Positions 17,793-26,480 of a DNA stretch of 64,000 bases are shown here, piece after piece. The DNA is from a virus (Duplodnaviria; Heunggongvirae; Uroviricota; Caudoviricetes): positions 119,814 through 183,813 of IMG/VR virus record IMGVR_UViG_3300042691_025398; one strand, 5' to 3'. Position numbers and translations under genes: made by a program. The first letter of the stretch is position 1, and the number at the start of each line of letters is the position of its first letter. The notes below the pieces were generated by a model. It was not told the origin of the DNA. It did not search any database and worked only from the letters and a program-made list of their open reading frames with translations.

Positions 17793-19319
17793 TTACTCGG
17801 CTTCTAGTGCATCCAACCGAGACTGATCAAGCTCATCTTGGATTTCAGTTTCTTCAGCAACTTCAAAAAGAGCACTAAACATCGAGCTGGCATTTACAGC
17901 ACGTTTGCCTGTGAATCCTCTTGTGCCAATCACCCGTTCCCAGACTCTAGCATGATCGTCAATGATCTGTAGACTCTTTTGCCTATCTTGCGCAGCAAAC
18001 ACACGATCAATTACCTTGACCACATCAAAATCTGGATCCATTGGATGGACCAGCATGTCTGGGGCTGTGCCAGAATCAAACACACGATTGGCACGTTGTA
18101 CTGCTTCAATGTGCATCCACACATTGTGTCCCATCAGCAGTGCATAACTGAAACTGTCCCAACTGGTTTTGCCTTCTTTGCCTATTTTATTTAGGTCGCC
18201 AGGTTTGTAATAGCAAACATCTGATATTTTCAATCTAGCAGAGATTGGAGAATCCTCAAACTGTGGATGAATGCCATCTTGTATCACAGCATCACGGAAC
18301 AGCCTCGAGTCAGTGGCATACTTTTTGTTATCAGCAGTGGGGCTCATGCGATATGACCACTTGTCTCGATTTTCAGTGGCAATGGTATGATACAGTTGTC
18401 CATTTGCAGTGGCCAGGAATGGACTGGCACAGTCAAATGAAATAGTAAAGTTACTGTTGTGATACTGGCGTATGGATCTTTGAATAGCTGTGAGCAACAC
18501 TGCCCATTCCAGTTTGGAGGTGCCCAAGAAGTGCATCCAATCATGTACACCTTTTTCTAATAGTCCATCATGTATGAGTGTAACCAATCGTTTGAGAATC
18601 AAGTGCACATCGCACATGTTCTGTCCACCCATGCCCCAACCATTAAAATGATTTTTATGCTTGTGTGGATCCGAATAGGATTTGAATGTGTCGTACCAGT
18701 AGTCTGCTTCTGCATGATTTGACCCTTGCAACACATTTAGAATCTTGGTATCACCAAAGCGATTGGCCAGCCAGTAGTCATTGTTGTAGCTTGTGGCCAG
18801 CACAGCATCTTCATAACTGGCAATACCTGCTTTGGCTGCCCACTCGGGATTGAGATAGGTCCATGTGGGTATGTCCATGGTCATGCCATAGTCTGCAATG
18901 GTACACTGCCATTCTAGCACAGCCGCACGTTTCTTTTCAGCTGCTTTGTCTGTGGCGTCAGCCCAACGTCCAGGCCACACTCCTTTGGCAATTTGGAATC
19001 CACCGGAGTCTGCTAGAACTGTAGTGTGTTTGCCCCTGCCACGAATCATGTCTTCCTTGGGATTGAATTTCTTTACATCTAGATCAGCATGTCCTGCTGA
19101 ATACAAACACCATTTGTATGGAAACAGACCCATCTGATCATTGAGAAAGTTCATCATTTCCATGTCAGGAATGCCAGCAGGCATGCGTGTGGCGTCAATG
19201 TAGTTTTCATGACGTTGACGTCCAATATAGGTGCTGTAAAAACTGGATACCGCAGGTAAAAACAAAGCGTAGTCGTTTTGTGCTGCGCTTAGGTCATGCT
19301 GAGCTGGTAGTTGATCCAT
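17793..19319 (-). CDS. dpdA: TGT-fold base-exchange transglycosylase, DpdA-like (7-deazaguanine insertion into DNA)
   Basis: TGT motifs in order: DSGGFQ, MTMDIP, NVLQG, GWGMGG, HFLGT, SFDCASP and late GHN. Lies with folE/queD/queE and next to replication genes. DNA versus tRNA substrate is inferred from context. Confidence 0.7.
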   Translation of the reverse strand: MDQLPAQHDLSAAQNDYALFLPAVSSFYSTYIGRQRHENYIDATRMPAGIPDMEMMNFLNDQMGLFPYKWCLYSAGHADLDVKKFNPKEDMIRGRGKHTTVLADSGGFQIAKGVWPGRWADATDKAAEKKRAAVLEWQCTIADYGMTMDIPTWTYLNPEWAAKAGIASYEDAVLATSYNNDYWLANRFGDTKILNVLQGSNHAEADYWYDTFKSYSDPHKHKNHFNGWGMGGQNMCDVHLILKRLVTLIHDGLLEKGVHDWMHFLGTSKLEWAVLLTAIQRSIRQYHNSNFTISFDCASPFLATANGQLYHTIATENRDKWSYRMSPTADNKKYATDSRLFRDAVIQDGIHPQFEDSPISARLKISDVCYYKPGDLNKIGKEGKTSWDSFSYALLMGHNVWMHIEAVQRANRVFDSGTAPDMLVHPMDPDFDVVKVIDRVFAAQDRQKSLQIIDDHARVWERVIGTRGFTGKRAVNASSMFSALFEVAEETEIQDELDQSRLDALEAE

Positions 19320-19683
19320 TACGTTCTTTTTCTAAAAGTATTTGTACCATGCGCACTTGTTCTTGTTTTTCATTTAATTGGTTAACAAGATCTTTCACAG
19401 TTGTATTGACCTGGGCCAATTCTTCCAGCTGTTTCTCTTGTGCACGTTTGGATCTAGCCCACTCCAACGTTTCAATTATTTCAGCGCTTAATGATATATT
19501 AACATCATTAATAGGCAACATCAACCATGACGCACCATCGTACACTTCCATTCTTTGATTCGCAACGTTGTATCTAACGTTGCCTACACCTTGCGCATTT
19601 GGACTACTATTCATGTACATGGGGCCGGGATAGCCACCATGAACAGTAATGTGTGGCGAAGTTGATGTAATTGACTTGATCAT
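19294..19683 (-). CDS. hypothetical protein
   Basis: 129-aa coupled ORF with a coiled-coil C-terminus. Confidence 0.7.
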   Translation of the reverse strand: MIKSITSTSPHITVHGGYPGPMYMNSSPNAQGVGNVRYNVANQRMEVYDGASWLMLPINDVNISLSAEIIETLEWARSKRAQEKQLEELAQVNTTVKDLVNQLNEKQEQVRMVQILLEKERNGSTTSSA

Positions 19684-20402
19684 TTTTGATGTGCAGGCAT
19701 GATGTAACTGTACACAGCTAGACCACTGTCTACTACAATTTCCGCAGCGCCACCATCTGAAAACTTCACACGCTTGTCACCACTAAGGCTCATGATTGAT
19801 TGAAATATAGCAGCTGGATAAGCCCAGGCTCGTTTTAGATTGCCAGTAACATCAGGATGAAACACAAAGTTGCCTGCATGTGTGCTGTGATCTCCAAACA
19901 GGAATTTTAGATTCTGTTTGTCAACCTTAACTTCAAACAGTGGTTCTTCTGAGTTGGCATTCATTTGCATGCGCAGTCTTTGAATGTTTGCCACTGTGGG
20001 TTCAAACTCTACATCCCAGTTCACACCCTTGAACTTTACGTCTTTAACCTGCTGACTCACAATTTCTGCGCTCATGAATCTATAGGTATTGTAAAAGTCA
20101 CCAGTGAGATTTTCAAAGCTCACGCCATCGGGGTCACCATTGGCCTTCTTGGTAATAGACAACTTGGCATTTTCTCTGTATTCAGGAAGATTAAGCAAGA
20201 TTTTTAACTTGCTTAGATTGGGCATGCCAAAGTGACCAATGAACTCTGACACTGGTTTGTGAAACTTGCCTTCAAGCACAACGTTTTTATTTTCTGCATA
20301 TCCAAATATCACGGTTTCCTTGTCAGTGCCGTCAATCTTCACAAGGTCAATGCAACCGAGGTCATGGGTGTGTTCAACTAAATCCAGTAAATGGTCTCTC
20401 AT
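19680..20402 (-). CDS. probable DNA polymerase sliding clamp (T4 gp45-like)
   Basis: 240 aa, two-lobed beta-rich pattern, FGMPNLSKL (cf. gp45 F.I.DL..FL) and C-terminal YSYIMP; position next to polB. Confidence 0.55.
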   Translation of the reverse strand: MRDHLLDLVEHTHDLGCIDLVKIDGTDKETVIFGYAENKNVVLEGKFHKPVSEFIGHFGMPNLSKLKILLNLPEYRENAKLSITKKANGDPDGVSFENLTGDFYNTYRFMSAEIVSQQVKDVKFKGVNWDVEFEPTVANIQRLRMQMNANSEEPLFEVKVDKQNLKFLFGDHSTHAGNFVFHPDVTGNLKRAWAYPAAIFQSIMSLSGDKRVKFSDGGAAEIVVDSGLAVYSYIMPAHQK

Positions 20403-20419
20403 AAAATCTCCTTTGATAT

Positions 20420-20448
20420 ATTGTAACTACTTTATTTAGATTTTTCAA
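20420..20448 (-). promoter_or_regulatory. sigma70-type promoter
   Basis: TTGAAA-N17-TACAAT, followed by an AAGGAG SD. Confidence 0.6.
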
Positions 20449-21385
20449 GTTCTTTGGGCAGTATTTTTGCAAGATTCTGTCCTGCCCGTAAAGTAGTCAA
20501 GGTGCCGGGTTTTCTAATGTGCATCCAGTGTAAACCGTTTGGTGTGTTCACGGTCTCCACATGAATGAAGCCTAGACTTTCAACCAGTCTTTCCAACAGT
20601 GAGCCTGGTGTGTAACAGCAAAAAACATTTTCAGTAAGTCTTACTCCACCTTCTAGATCACAGTTGTTAAAGGTAAAGATCATTGAACCGCCTGGTCTCA
20701 ACTTGTGCAAAAGTTCGGTAAGATATTTTTTAATAACTTCAAACGGTCTAAAGTTAAAAAAATAATAGGAATAGATCACTCCCAGTTGTTCATTGGGCAA
20801 CCAGTCAAACAGTTGTTCATGATCTTCCTTGATCACATAGGATCTTAGATGCCTTTGAAACTTGCTATTAAACCGATCAAGCGCAGGCATGAGTAATCTT
20901 TGATCGGTGTCTGTAATGTACAGCGGATGACTTGGTACCAACCATTGGATATGATCTTCATTGCCAGGTCTTATGCACATCAAGGGAAAGCGCCAATCAG
21001 TGAGATTTTTCACACGTGACTTCAAGGGTTCAAAATCTTCTTCTGGCACTTGCAGTTGCCGACCAAGAATATACTCCACAGTTTCATATTTTGATTCATT
21101 CTGATACCATGTGTAACTTCTTGCAAAATACTCTGGTTCAATTTCAGCAATGCGTTGGTTAGTGGCCTTGAGTATGTCAGATACACAGCGTTCAAATTCA
21201 CCTAGTGCCAGTGCTACCTGGCTCATAGACTGTTCTAAAGGCTGTTCATAGTCCTGCCGCATGACCACTGTTTGTCTTAGATTGCGTATTTGTAGATCAA
21301 AATAGTTTTGCAATGGCCAGCGATACTCCTGACTGAGATTTTGCATTAGCACATTTCTATAATGAACCAGATCGCTTAGTTTCAT
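20432..21385 (-). CDS. coiled-coil plus class I methyltransferase-like protein
   Basis: C-terminal GVIYSYYFFNF...LHKLRPGGSMIF; motif I is degenerate. Confidence 0.55.
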   Translation of the reverse strand: MKLSDLVHYRNVLMQNLSQEYRWPLQNYFDLQIRNLRQTVVMRQDYEQPLEQSMSQVALALGEFERCVSDILKATNQRIAEIEPEYFARSYTWYQNESKYETVEYILGRQLQVPEEDFEPLKSRVKNLTDWRFPLMCIRPGNEDHIQWLVPSHPLYITDTDQRLLMPALDRFNSKFQRHLRSYVIKEDHEQLFDWLPNEQLGVIYSYYFFNFRPFEVIKKYLTELLHKLRPGGSMIFTFNNCDLEGGVRLTENVFCCYTPGSLLERLVESLGFIHVETVNTPNGLHWMHIRKPGTLTTLRAGQNLAKILPKELEKSK

Positions 21386-24048
21386 GAAAAATCAAATAAA
21401 CTTTGGAATGTGTTAGTTGTGTTGGTTGAGCTGAGCAAATCCCAATCCAGTACACCCAGCAGGTTGTCCACTTTGCCATCAATCACAGTTGATTCCATGG
21501 CATTGTCATCAAAAGGCAATTCTTTAAACCACTGTGGCAAATGCAGTTCATCAGTGGGATAGGCAATTGATGTCCAATCCAAAGGATTGTTTTTCAGTTT
21601 GCACACAATCACCTTTTGTCCGTCCATGATCTGCATGGAATAGTTATCGCTCATCATCTTGCGCATGGTATTCCAGTTCATGGCTGCTCGCACATGTCCA
21701 GGCATGTTGGCTCTGCCTTCTCGCTGCTCGGCTTTGACAAATTTAGTAAGATTGTTCACACGTTTGGGAGAACCTTTTTCCCAACCTGGCCGCTCGGCAA
21801 ATTCAAATTTGAACGTGCGAATCTTTTCAATGATGTCATCTTTATCAGCTCCTTGCAGCACATCATTAAGAATGTTGCTGAGAAAGTCTTGAATTACCTT
21901 GGGAGTGTCTGATCTCTTGAGATCCAAGCCCATGGCCTTGACCTTGCCTGGCCTGCCGTTAACATCAACTCGCTTGTTTTCTTTGTCTATGTACAATACC
22001 GCATAGCGTTTTTTTGTAATAAACAGACCCTTGGTAGCCACAAGCTCACGACCACCTCGAATCACCGCGCCCATTTCTCTTGGCACATGAAACGCCTGTT
22101 CCATGAATCCCGGAAAGCTTTCATTCACTTGATCTGCAATGCCATTGTACAGTTGAATACACACATCGCTGGACCATTCCATGCGACCTTGTTCTATTTC
22201 TTTTTTCAACACAGGCCACGCTGTGAAATAGCAGGAGTCTGTGTCACCATAGATTATGGCTTCTCCGACGTGGTCGTATCGTCCTGTGAGGCATTCGTTG
22301 ACGTATGCATCCATGTGCTTCGCGATCGCTCGTCCAGTAAGAGTAGTAGACTGACCAATGCGCTTATCAAAAAACCTACAACCGGGGTTAAGAATAGCGC
22401 CATACAAACTATTAAGATTAATCTTCTTGACGAGCTGCCTTTTGTCCCAGTATTCAAATTGTCCATTATCTGTTCCTTCATATTCTCTAGCCTTGGCCTG
22501 CATCTCCTTACGTTCAGCATACCAACGCTTGAGCAGGCCAGGTACCACACCTTCTTTTTCATAAGTGAAGATAGTGCCATTGGCACTCAGCATCCAAGGA
22601 CGTCTGCTATCAAAGATCATGCGCCATACTTCAGCAGCCGAGTGTGTGGACTCTTCGCCAGATTGCCAATCAATAATGATTTCAGTACCTCGTTGCTGTT
22701 CCATAACAGCAGTGTATTCAAGTGTGCCAAACAGGCCTTCCCAGGAGGCTGCAAAGCTCATGTTGGCAGCCTGGCGCTCTTGAATGTAACGATTGGTCAT
22801 GTGGGGTCTGAGCTGACCAATAATGGTTTCGGGCGCCATGTTAAGAGCGCGGATTGCTGACGGATAGAGACTGTTGATGTCAATTGAACCGATCCATTCG
22901 TGAAGTCCCTTTTTGGGCGTAGCAACATAGGCACCTGCCGCTTGTGTGTCGTCATCACTGTGTCTCTCCTGTCGGTTTGGAACTACCATGCCACGTTCGT
23001 GGGCTTCATTGATGATTGCCTGTTCAGTCACAGCCACAGCACCCATTGTGGTAGGTAACAACACTGTGTTTTCATGTGCCAGTGTATTGGCTAGATCCAA
23101 GAACTTGAGCTTTTTGTCGAGCAAGGCCAGTCCATTAACATCTTGTCGGTTATACTCGATGAATGTTTTGAAGTCTTGATTGTAGAGTTGGTCCAAAGTA
23201 CCTTCGTATTTGGTTTTGCCTTCGAGTTCTTCATATTCAAGTATGGCATCAAGACTGTAGCTGTGTCTTTCTTCATAAGTGTATTTCCTATAAAGTTGCA
23301 TGTAATCCATGTGCACTCGGCCCACTAGATCAAAAGTTATAGCTTCTGCACCAAAACGTTCAAAGGTTCTTTGTTTAGGCAACTGCCCCCAAAGACAAAA
23401 CTTCCTAGTGTCGTCTTTGCTCAATACTCGAGTGATTCGCTGCACAGTGTATGGGATATCATAGCCTTCTGAATTCCAGCCACTTAGCACATCTGCATCA
23501 TCAATTAGATCCAAAAACATGCCCAGCATTTCTGCTTCAGTGGCAAATAGAAAAGTGTTTGGAAAATCAGCAACTAGTTCTTGAGCAGTGCTCATGCTGA
23601 TACTTCGGGGAGGCACGGCCATGGTAACCAGTTGGTCAAGCCAACTTAGATACACAGTGATTGAAGTGATGGCGTTGAATGGATCATCAGGTCGACTATA
23701 ACCACGCTCTGGGTCAAAGTCCACCTCGATGTCAAAAAACGCTGCATGTATTTTTGGAGCGTCTTGGCCTTTGTAGTTGTCTTCTAGACAACGAAATACC
23801 GGATTGATGTCCGATTCATAACATTGTTTTCCGCTTTGAATACGCAGTTCCTTGCGAAACTCCTTGTTGCTCCGTGTAGAGAACCTAGAAACCGGAGTGC
23901 CATATATGCTCTGAAACTTACCACGAGGATCATCATAGTAAAAAACATAGTTGGCTGGATACTCTTGATATCGACGTTCTCCATTGCGTCGCTCTACAAC
24001 ATGAATGCGATCGTGATCACGATCAAATAGTGCGTCAATGTAGCTCAT
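21382..24048 (-). CDS. family B DNA polymerase (T4 gp43-like)
   Basis: Exo DIEV, GWNSEGYD, YNRQD; Pol DINSLYPS, KINLNSLYG, YGDTDS, KKRY. Confidence 0.95.
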   Translation of the reverse strand: MSYIDALFDRDHDRIHVVERRNGERRYQEYPANYVFYYDDPRGKFQSIYGTPVSRFSTRSNKEFRKELRIQSGKQCYESDINPVFRCLEDNYKGQDAPKIHAAFFDIEVDFDPERGYSRPDDPFNAITSITVYLSWLDQLVTMAVPPRSISMSTAQELVADFPNTFLFATEAEMLGMFLDLIDDADVLSGWNSEGYDIPYTVQRITRVLSKDDTRKFCLWGQLPKQRTFERFGAEAITFDLVGRVHMDYMQLYRKYTYEERHSYSLDAILEYEELEGKTKYEGTLDQLYNQDFKTFIEYNRQDVNGLALLDKKLKFLDLANTLAHENTVLLPTTMGAVAVTEQAIINEAHERGMVVPNRQERHSDDDTQAAGAYVATPKKGLHEWIGSIDINSLYPSAIRALNMAPETIIGQLRPHMTNRYIQERQAANMSFAASWEGLFGTLEYTAVMEQQRGTEIIIDWQSGEESTHSAAEVWRMIFDSRRPWMLSANGTIFTYEKEGVVPGLLKRWYAERKEMQAKAREYEGTDNGQFEYWDKRQLVKKINLNSLYGAILNPGCRFFDKRIGQSTTLTGRAIAKHMDAYVNECLTGRYDHVGEAIIYGDTDSCYFTAWPVLKKEIEQGRMEWSSDVCIQLYNGIADQVNESFPGFMEQAFHVPREMGAVIRGGRELVATKGLFITKKRYAVLYIDKENKRVDVNGRPGKVKAMGLDLKRSDTPKVIQDFLSNILNDVLQGADKDDIIEKIRTFKFEFAERPGWEKGSPKRVNNLTKFVKAEQREGRANMPGHVRAAMNWNTMRKMMSDNYSMQIMDGQKVIVCKLKNNPLDWTSIAYPTDELHLPQWFKELPFDDNAMESTVIDGKVDNLLGVLDWDLLSSTNTTNTFQSLFDFS

Positions 24049-24054
24049 TGGTCA

Positions 24055-24083
24055 ATTATAACGAAAAAGATTGTTGCTGTCAA
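24055..24083 (-). promoter_or_regulatory. consensus sigma70 promoter for polB (probably leaderless)
   Basis: Perfect TTGACA-N17-TATAAT, with 6 nt to the ATG at 24048 and no SD. Confidence 0.8.
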
Positions 24084-24094
24084 ATCACATGCAC

Positions 24095-25159
24095 TCATAA
24101 ACCGCCAGATACAAACACTTTTGGCAATTGTCTAATATTCACAAGAGACGCTGATGCCTGTGCATGGTCAACATGGTTTTTATCAAACACATCCACTGAA
24201 CCAAACTGTTGTGCAGTAAACGTGCCCCAGTTACTGATGCGACTGTACTCCACTTGATCAGCATTATATAGCATGGCCATATCATAGAATTCTTGCATCT
24301 GTGACCAGTTGTCATTTTGTACTACCATGCGTAGATGCAGAAGAATTTGGTTTTGGTCACAGTGGTCTCTCGCCCAAGCCAGACTTTGTATCATGGCGGA
24401 CCAACTGCCACCGCGACGCAGCTTTTCATAGGTATCGGCTTTGGCTGCATCTACTGTGATTGTGATTTTATCCACCTGCGAGCACATGTCGCCCAAACGA
24501 CTCCAACGAGCAGGCATCAATAGACCATTGGTTTGAATGTGTAATCTTAGATTGGGAAATGCTGCGGTTGATATTGAACTCACAAAGGCCAACAACCGAG
24601 CACTGGCAAATATTTCGCCACTGGTGCTCACATGCAAGCGAATTGACTGTGTAGTTGGATGTGAAAACAAATTCAATCTCAACAATTCACCCAGTTGGTT
24701 CTGTCGCTCTATGTCTTGATCGCTACTGGCAATCACATGAGTGCGGCAACTGGGACAGCTGAGATTACAGGTTAAATCACCAGCTATGAATATTTCATGT
24801 GGCAGTTGCCAACGACTGGCATCTTGTGTTTGCCATTCAACTGCTGGGGGAAGATTGTCTTGTGAATTCAGTGCATTGTTGGCTATGATGCCACACTTGG
24901 TTTCATCGCAAAACACATAGCTTCCATCAATAATACTGTGACGAATTTCTTGTGCCAATGGCGACGCCAATAATTCCTGTATAGACTGTTCAAAAACATT
25001 GCCAATCGTGGTGGGCATCCATGGTTGGCATCCACATAGTCTTACATGACCATTGACATCGACTTCGATACTAACGAATGGACTTAGACAAATCTGTCCT
25101 TGAAAATGCTTGTGCTCAAAACGTTTGATTGTTTGGCTAAACACCAAGGGTGTTATCAC
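24095..25159 (-). CDS. radical SAM protein with N-terminal SPASM/twitch-like Cys domain
   Basis: TCNLSCPSC (CxxxCxxC), SGEIF, IQTNG and TVDAA; N-terminal CLSPF...NGHVRLCGC. Confidence 0.85.
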   Translation of the reverse strand: MITPLVFSQTIKRFEHKHFQGQICLSPFVSIEVDVNGHVRLCGCQPWMPTTIGNVFEQSIQELLASPLAQEIRHSIIDGSYVFCDETKCGIIANNALNSQDNLPPAVEWQTQDASRWQLPHEIFIAGDLTCNLSCPSCRTHVIASSDQDIERQNQLGELLRLNLFSHPTTQSIRLHVSTSGEIFASARLLAFVSSISTAAFPNLRLHIQTNGLLMPARWSRLGDMCSQVDKITITVDAAKADTYEKLRRGGSWSAMIQSLAWARDHCDQNQILLHLRMVVQNDNWSQMQEFYDMAMLYNADQVEYSRISNWGTFTAQQFGSVDVFDKNHVDHAQASASLVNIRQLPKVFVSGGL

Positions 25160-25413
25160 AAAGTCTTGCCCACTGAAGTCAAGATTTCTTCAAGCAAAGC
25201 ATGATCCTGTTGAGCCTTGCCAAACTCGGCTTTGTGTGCCACTTTAATGGCTTTCTTAAGCACTGCTGGCTTGAGTTCGAGTTCTTCGGCAATGGCTTTA
25301 ATGGTATCGTTGAGTCCGCCGTTGAGTGTTTCAACTTCAAACATCACCTGCATGCCTTCGTTGATAAGTTGAGTGAGTTTGGCTTTTTGTTCTGCGCTGA
25401 ATGATCGATTCAT
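25156..25413 (-). CDS. small dsDNA-binding protein (T4 DsbA/GapR-like)
   Basis: Helical pattern DTIKAIAEELELKPAVLKKAIK; AGGAGG SD. Confidence 0.55.
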   Translation of the reverse strand: MNRSFSAEQKAKLTQLINEGMQVMFEVETLNGGLNDTIKAIAEELELKPAVLKKAIKVAHKAEFGKAQQDHALLEEILTSVGKTL

Positions 25414-25431
25414 AATTCCTCCTAGATAAGT

Positions 25432-25460
25432 ATTTTAGCTTCAACACACAGTTTCGTCAA
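25432..25460 (-). promoter_or_regulatory. sigma70-type promoter
   Basis: TTGACG-N17-TAAAAT. Confidence 0.65.
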
Positions 25461-25465
25461 CAATT

Positions 25466-26188
25466 TTGGTAATGATCACACTGGATTTACCGCAAGGTAC
25501 ATTTTCTCTTGAATTCCCCCTAGATGATATTAGCCAACAGCTGATGCGAATTCAGACTGGTAATTTTATGCAACCAGAATCAGCATGCAATACCTTTGAA
25601 AATGATTTCAAGCTATATTGGCAATGGCATTGGAGCACACTGAATTCAGTGGGCACATTTGATATACCAGAGCAGGCAAATATCCTAGATCTTGGTTGCG
25701 GTGCTGCTATTATAGACATGGTGCTGGCACAGGTCAAACCAAAAGCACAGTTTTGGTTGGTTGATCGTGATGTTAATACACATCGCGCCGACAGCATAGA
25801 AAAACACGGTTACAATCATCCCTTCTACAACTCCTGGCACATGGTAGAAAAAAGCATTAAAAACACAGGGTTAGATCGCACAAGATTTCAAACTCAAACT
25901 CCCGAAGTTGAATGGCCCACTGACCTAGATTTGATTATCAGTTCATGGTGCTGGTGCTGGCATGTGCCGTTTGACAGCTATGCTGAAAGAATTTTTAATT
26001 CACTTGTGTTGGGAGGACGACTGTTTGTTGATATTAGGTTGGATCACTTTGAATCTATCACGGATAAGATCAATAGTGTCATGGGATCAAAACCTCGCAC
26101 AAGACCATACAGAGGATTTTTAAATGACGTTGATGTCACACAGCCTATTAGAGGTTACAGATGTTGTTGGACACGTCAACGTTTATGA
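25466..26188 (+). CDS. class I SAM-dependent methyltransferase
   Basis: ILDLGCGAA, LVDRD, DLIISSWCWCWH and LVLGGRL; isolated plus-strand gene. Confidence 0.8.
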   Translation: MVMITLDLPQGTFSLEFPLDDISQQLMRIQTGNFMQPESACNTFENDFKLYWQWHWSTLNSVGTFDIPEQANILDLGCGAAIIDMVLAQVKPKAQFWLVDRDVNTHRADSIEKHGYNHPFYNSWHMVEKSIKNTGLDRTRFQTQTPEVEWPTDLDLIISSWCWCWHVPFDSYAERIFNSLVLGGRLFVDIRLDHFESITDKINSVMGSKPRTRPYRGFLNDVDVTQPIRGYRCCWTRQRL

Positions 26189-26376
26189 CGTAGCAGTGGT
26201 CGCTTTTTATCACGTCTATCGCCACCTATGGCTAGGAACTGTCCTCGAGGTATGCCTCGACTGACATGATTTACAAAGTAGGCTATTTGTCTACTGCGAG
26301 TGTGTATCAAACAGTCTCCATGATCGTTGACCACATGATACCAGTATTCATTATCAAGCCAGCTTGTATAAATCAT
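26176..26376 (-). CDS. hypothetical protein
   Basis: 66-aa ORF converging on the methyltransferase. Confidence 0.5.
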   Translation of the reverse strand: MIYTSWLDNEYWYHVVNDHGDCLIHTRSRQIAYFVNHVSRGIPRGQFLAIGGDRRDKKRPLLRHKR

Positions 26377-26394
26377 TATTATTGTTATTATAAA

Positions 26395-26480
26395 AGCTCA
26401 CTTTGGAACCTAGAGGTAGCGGTTCTAGTTCACAGGCAGCAGCCGCCCGCGACCACAGCTTACGGTCCTAAGGTGGTCAT
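26395..26480 (-). ncRNA. unassigned three-hairpin structured element
   Basis: GACCAC-CTTA-GGACCG-TAAG-CT-GTGGTC, then GCGGGCGG-CTG-CTGCCTGT, then GAACTAGA-ACCGCTACC-TCTAGGTTC, followed by AAAGTGAGC-TTTT. GC-rich island in an AT-rich gap. Confidence 0.45.

Noticed and set aside
17793-19319. Ordinary tRNA-guanine transglycosylase (tgt)
   Set aside because: It is longer, lacks the CxCxxC site, and sits among replication and deazapurine synthesis genes. Not excluded, but DpdA-like is preferred.
21382-24048. Intein or intron in PolB or ClpA
   Set aside because: Lengths and motif spacing are normal, with no C/S...HN splice or LAGLIDADG motifs.
26395-26480. tRNA, SRP RNA, hammerhead or HDV-like ribozyme
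   Set aside because: No TTCRA loop, SRP GGAA/GCAGC arrangement or CUGAUGA/GAAA core could be fitted.
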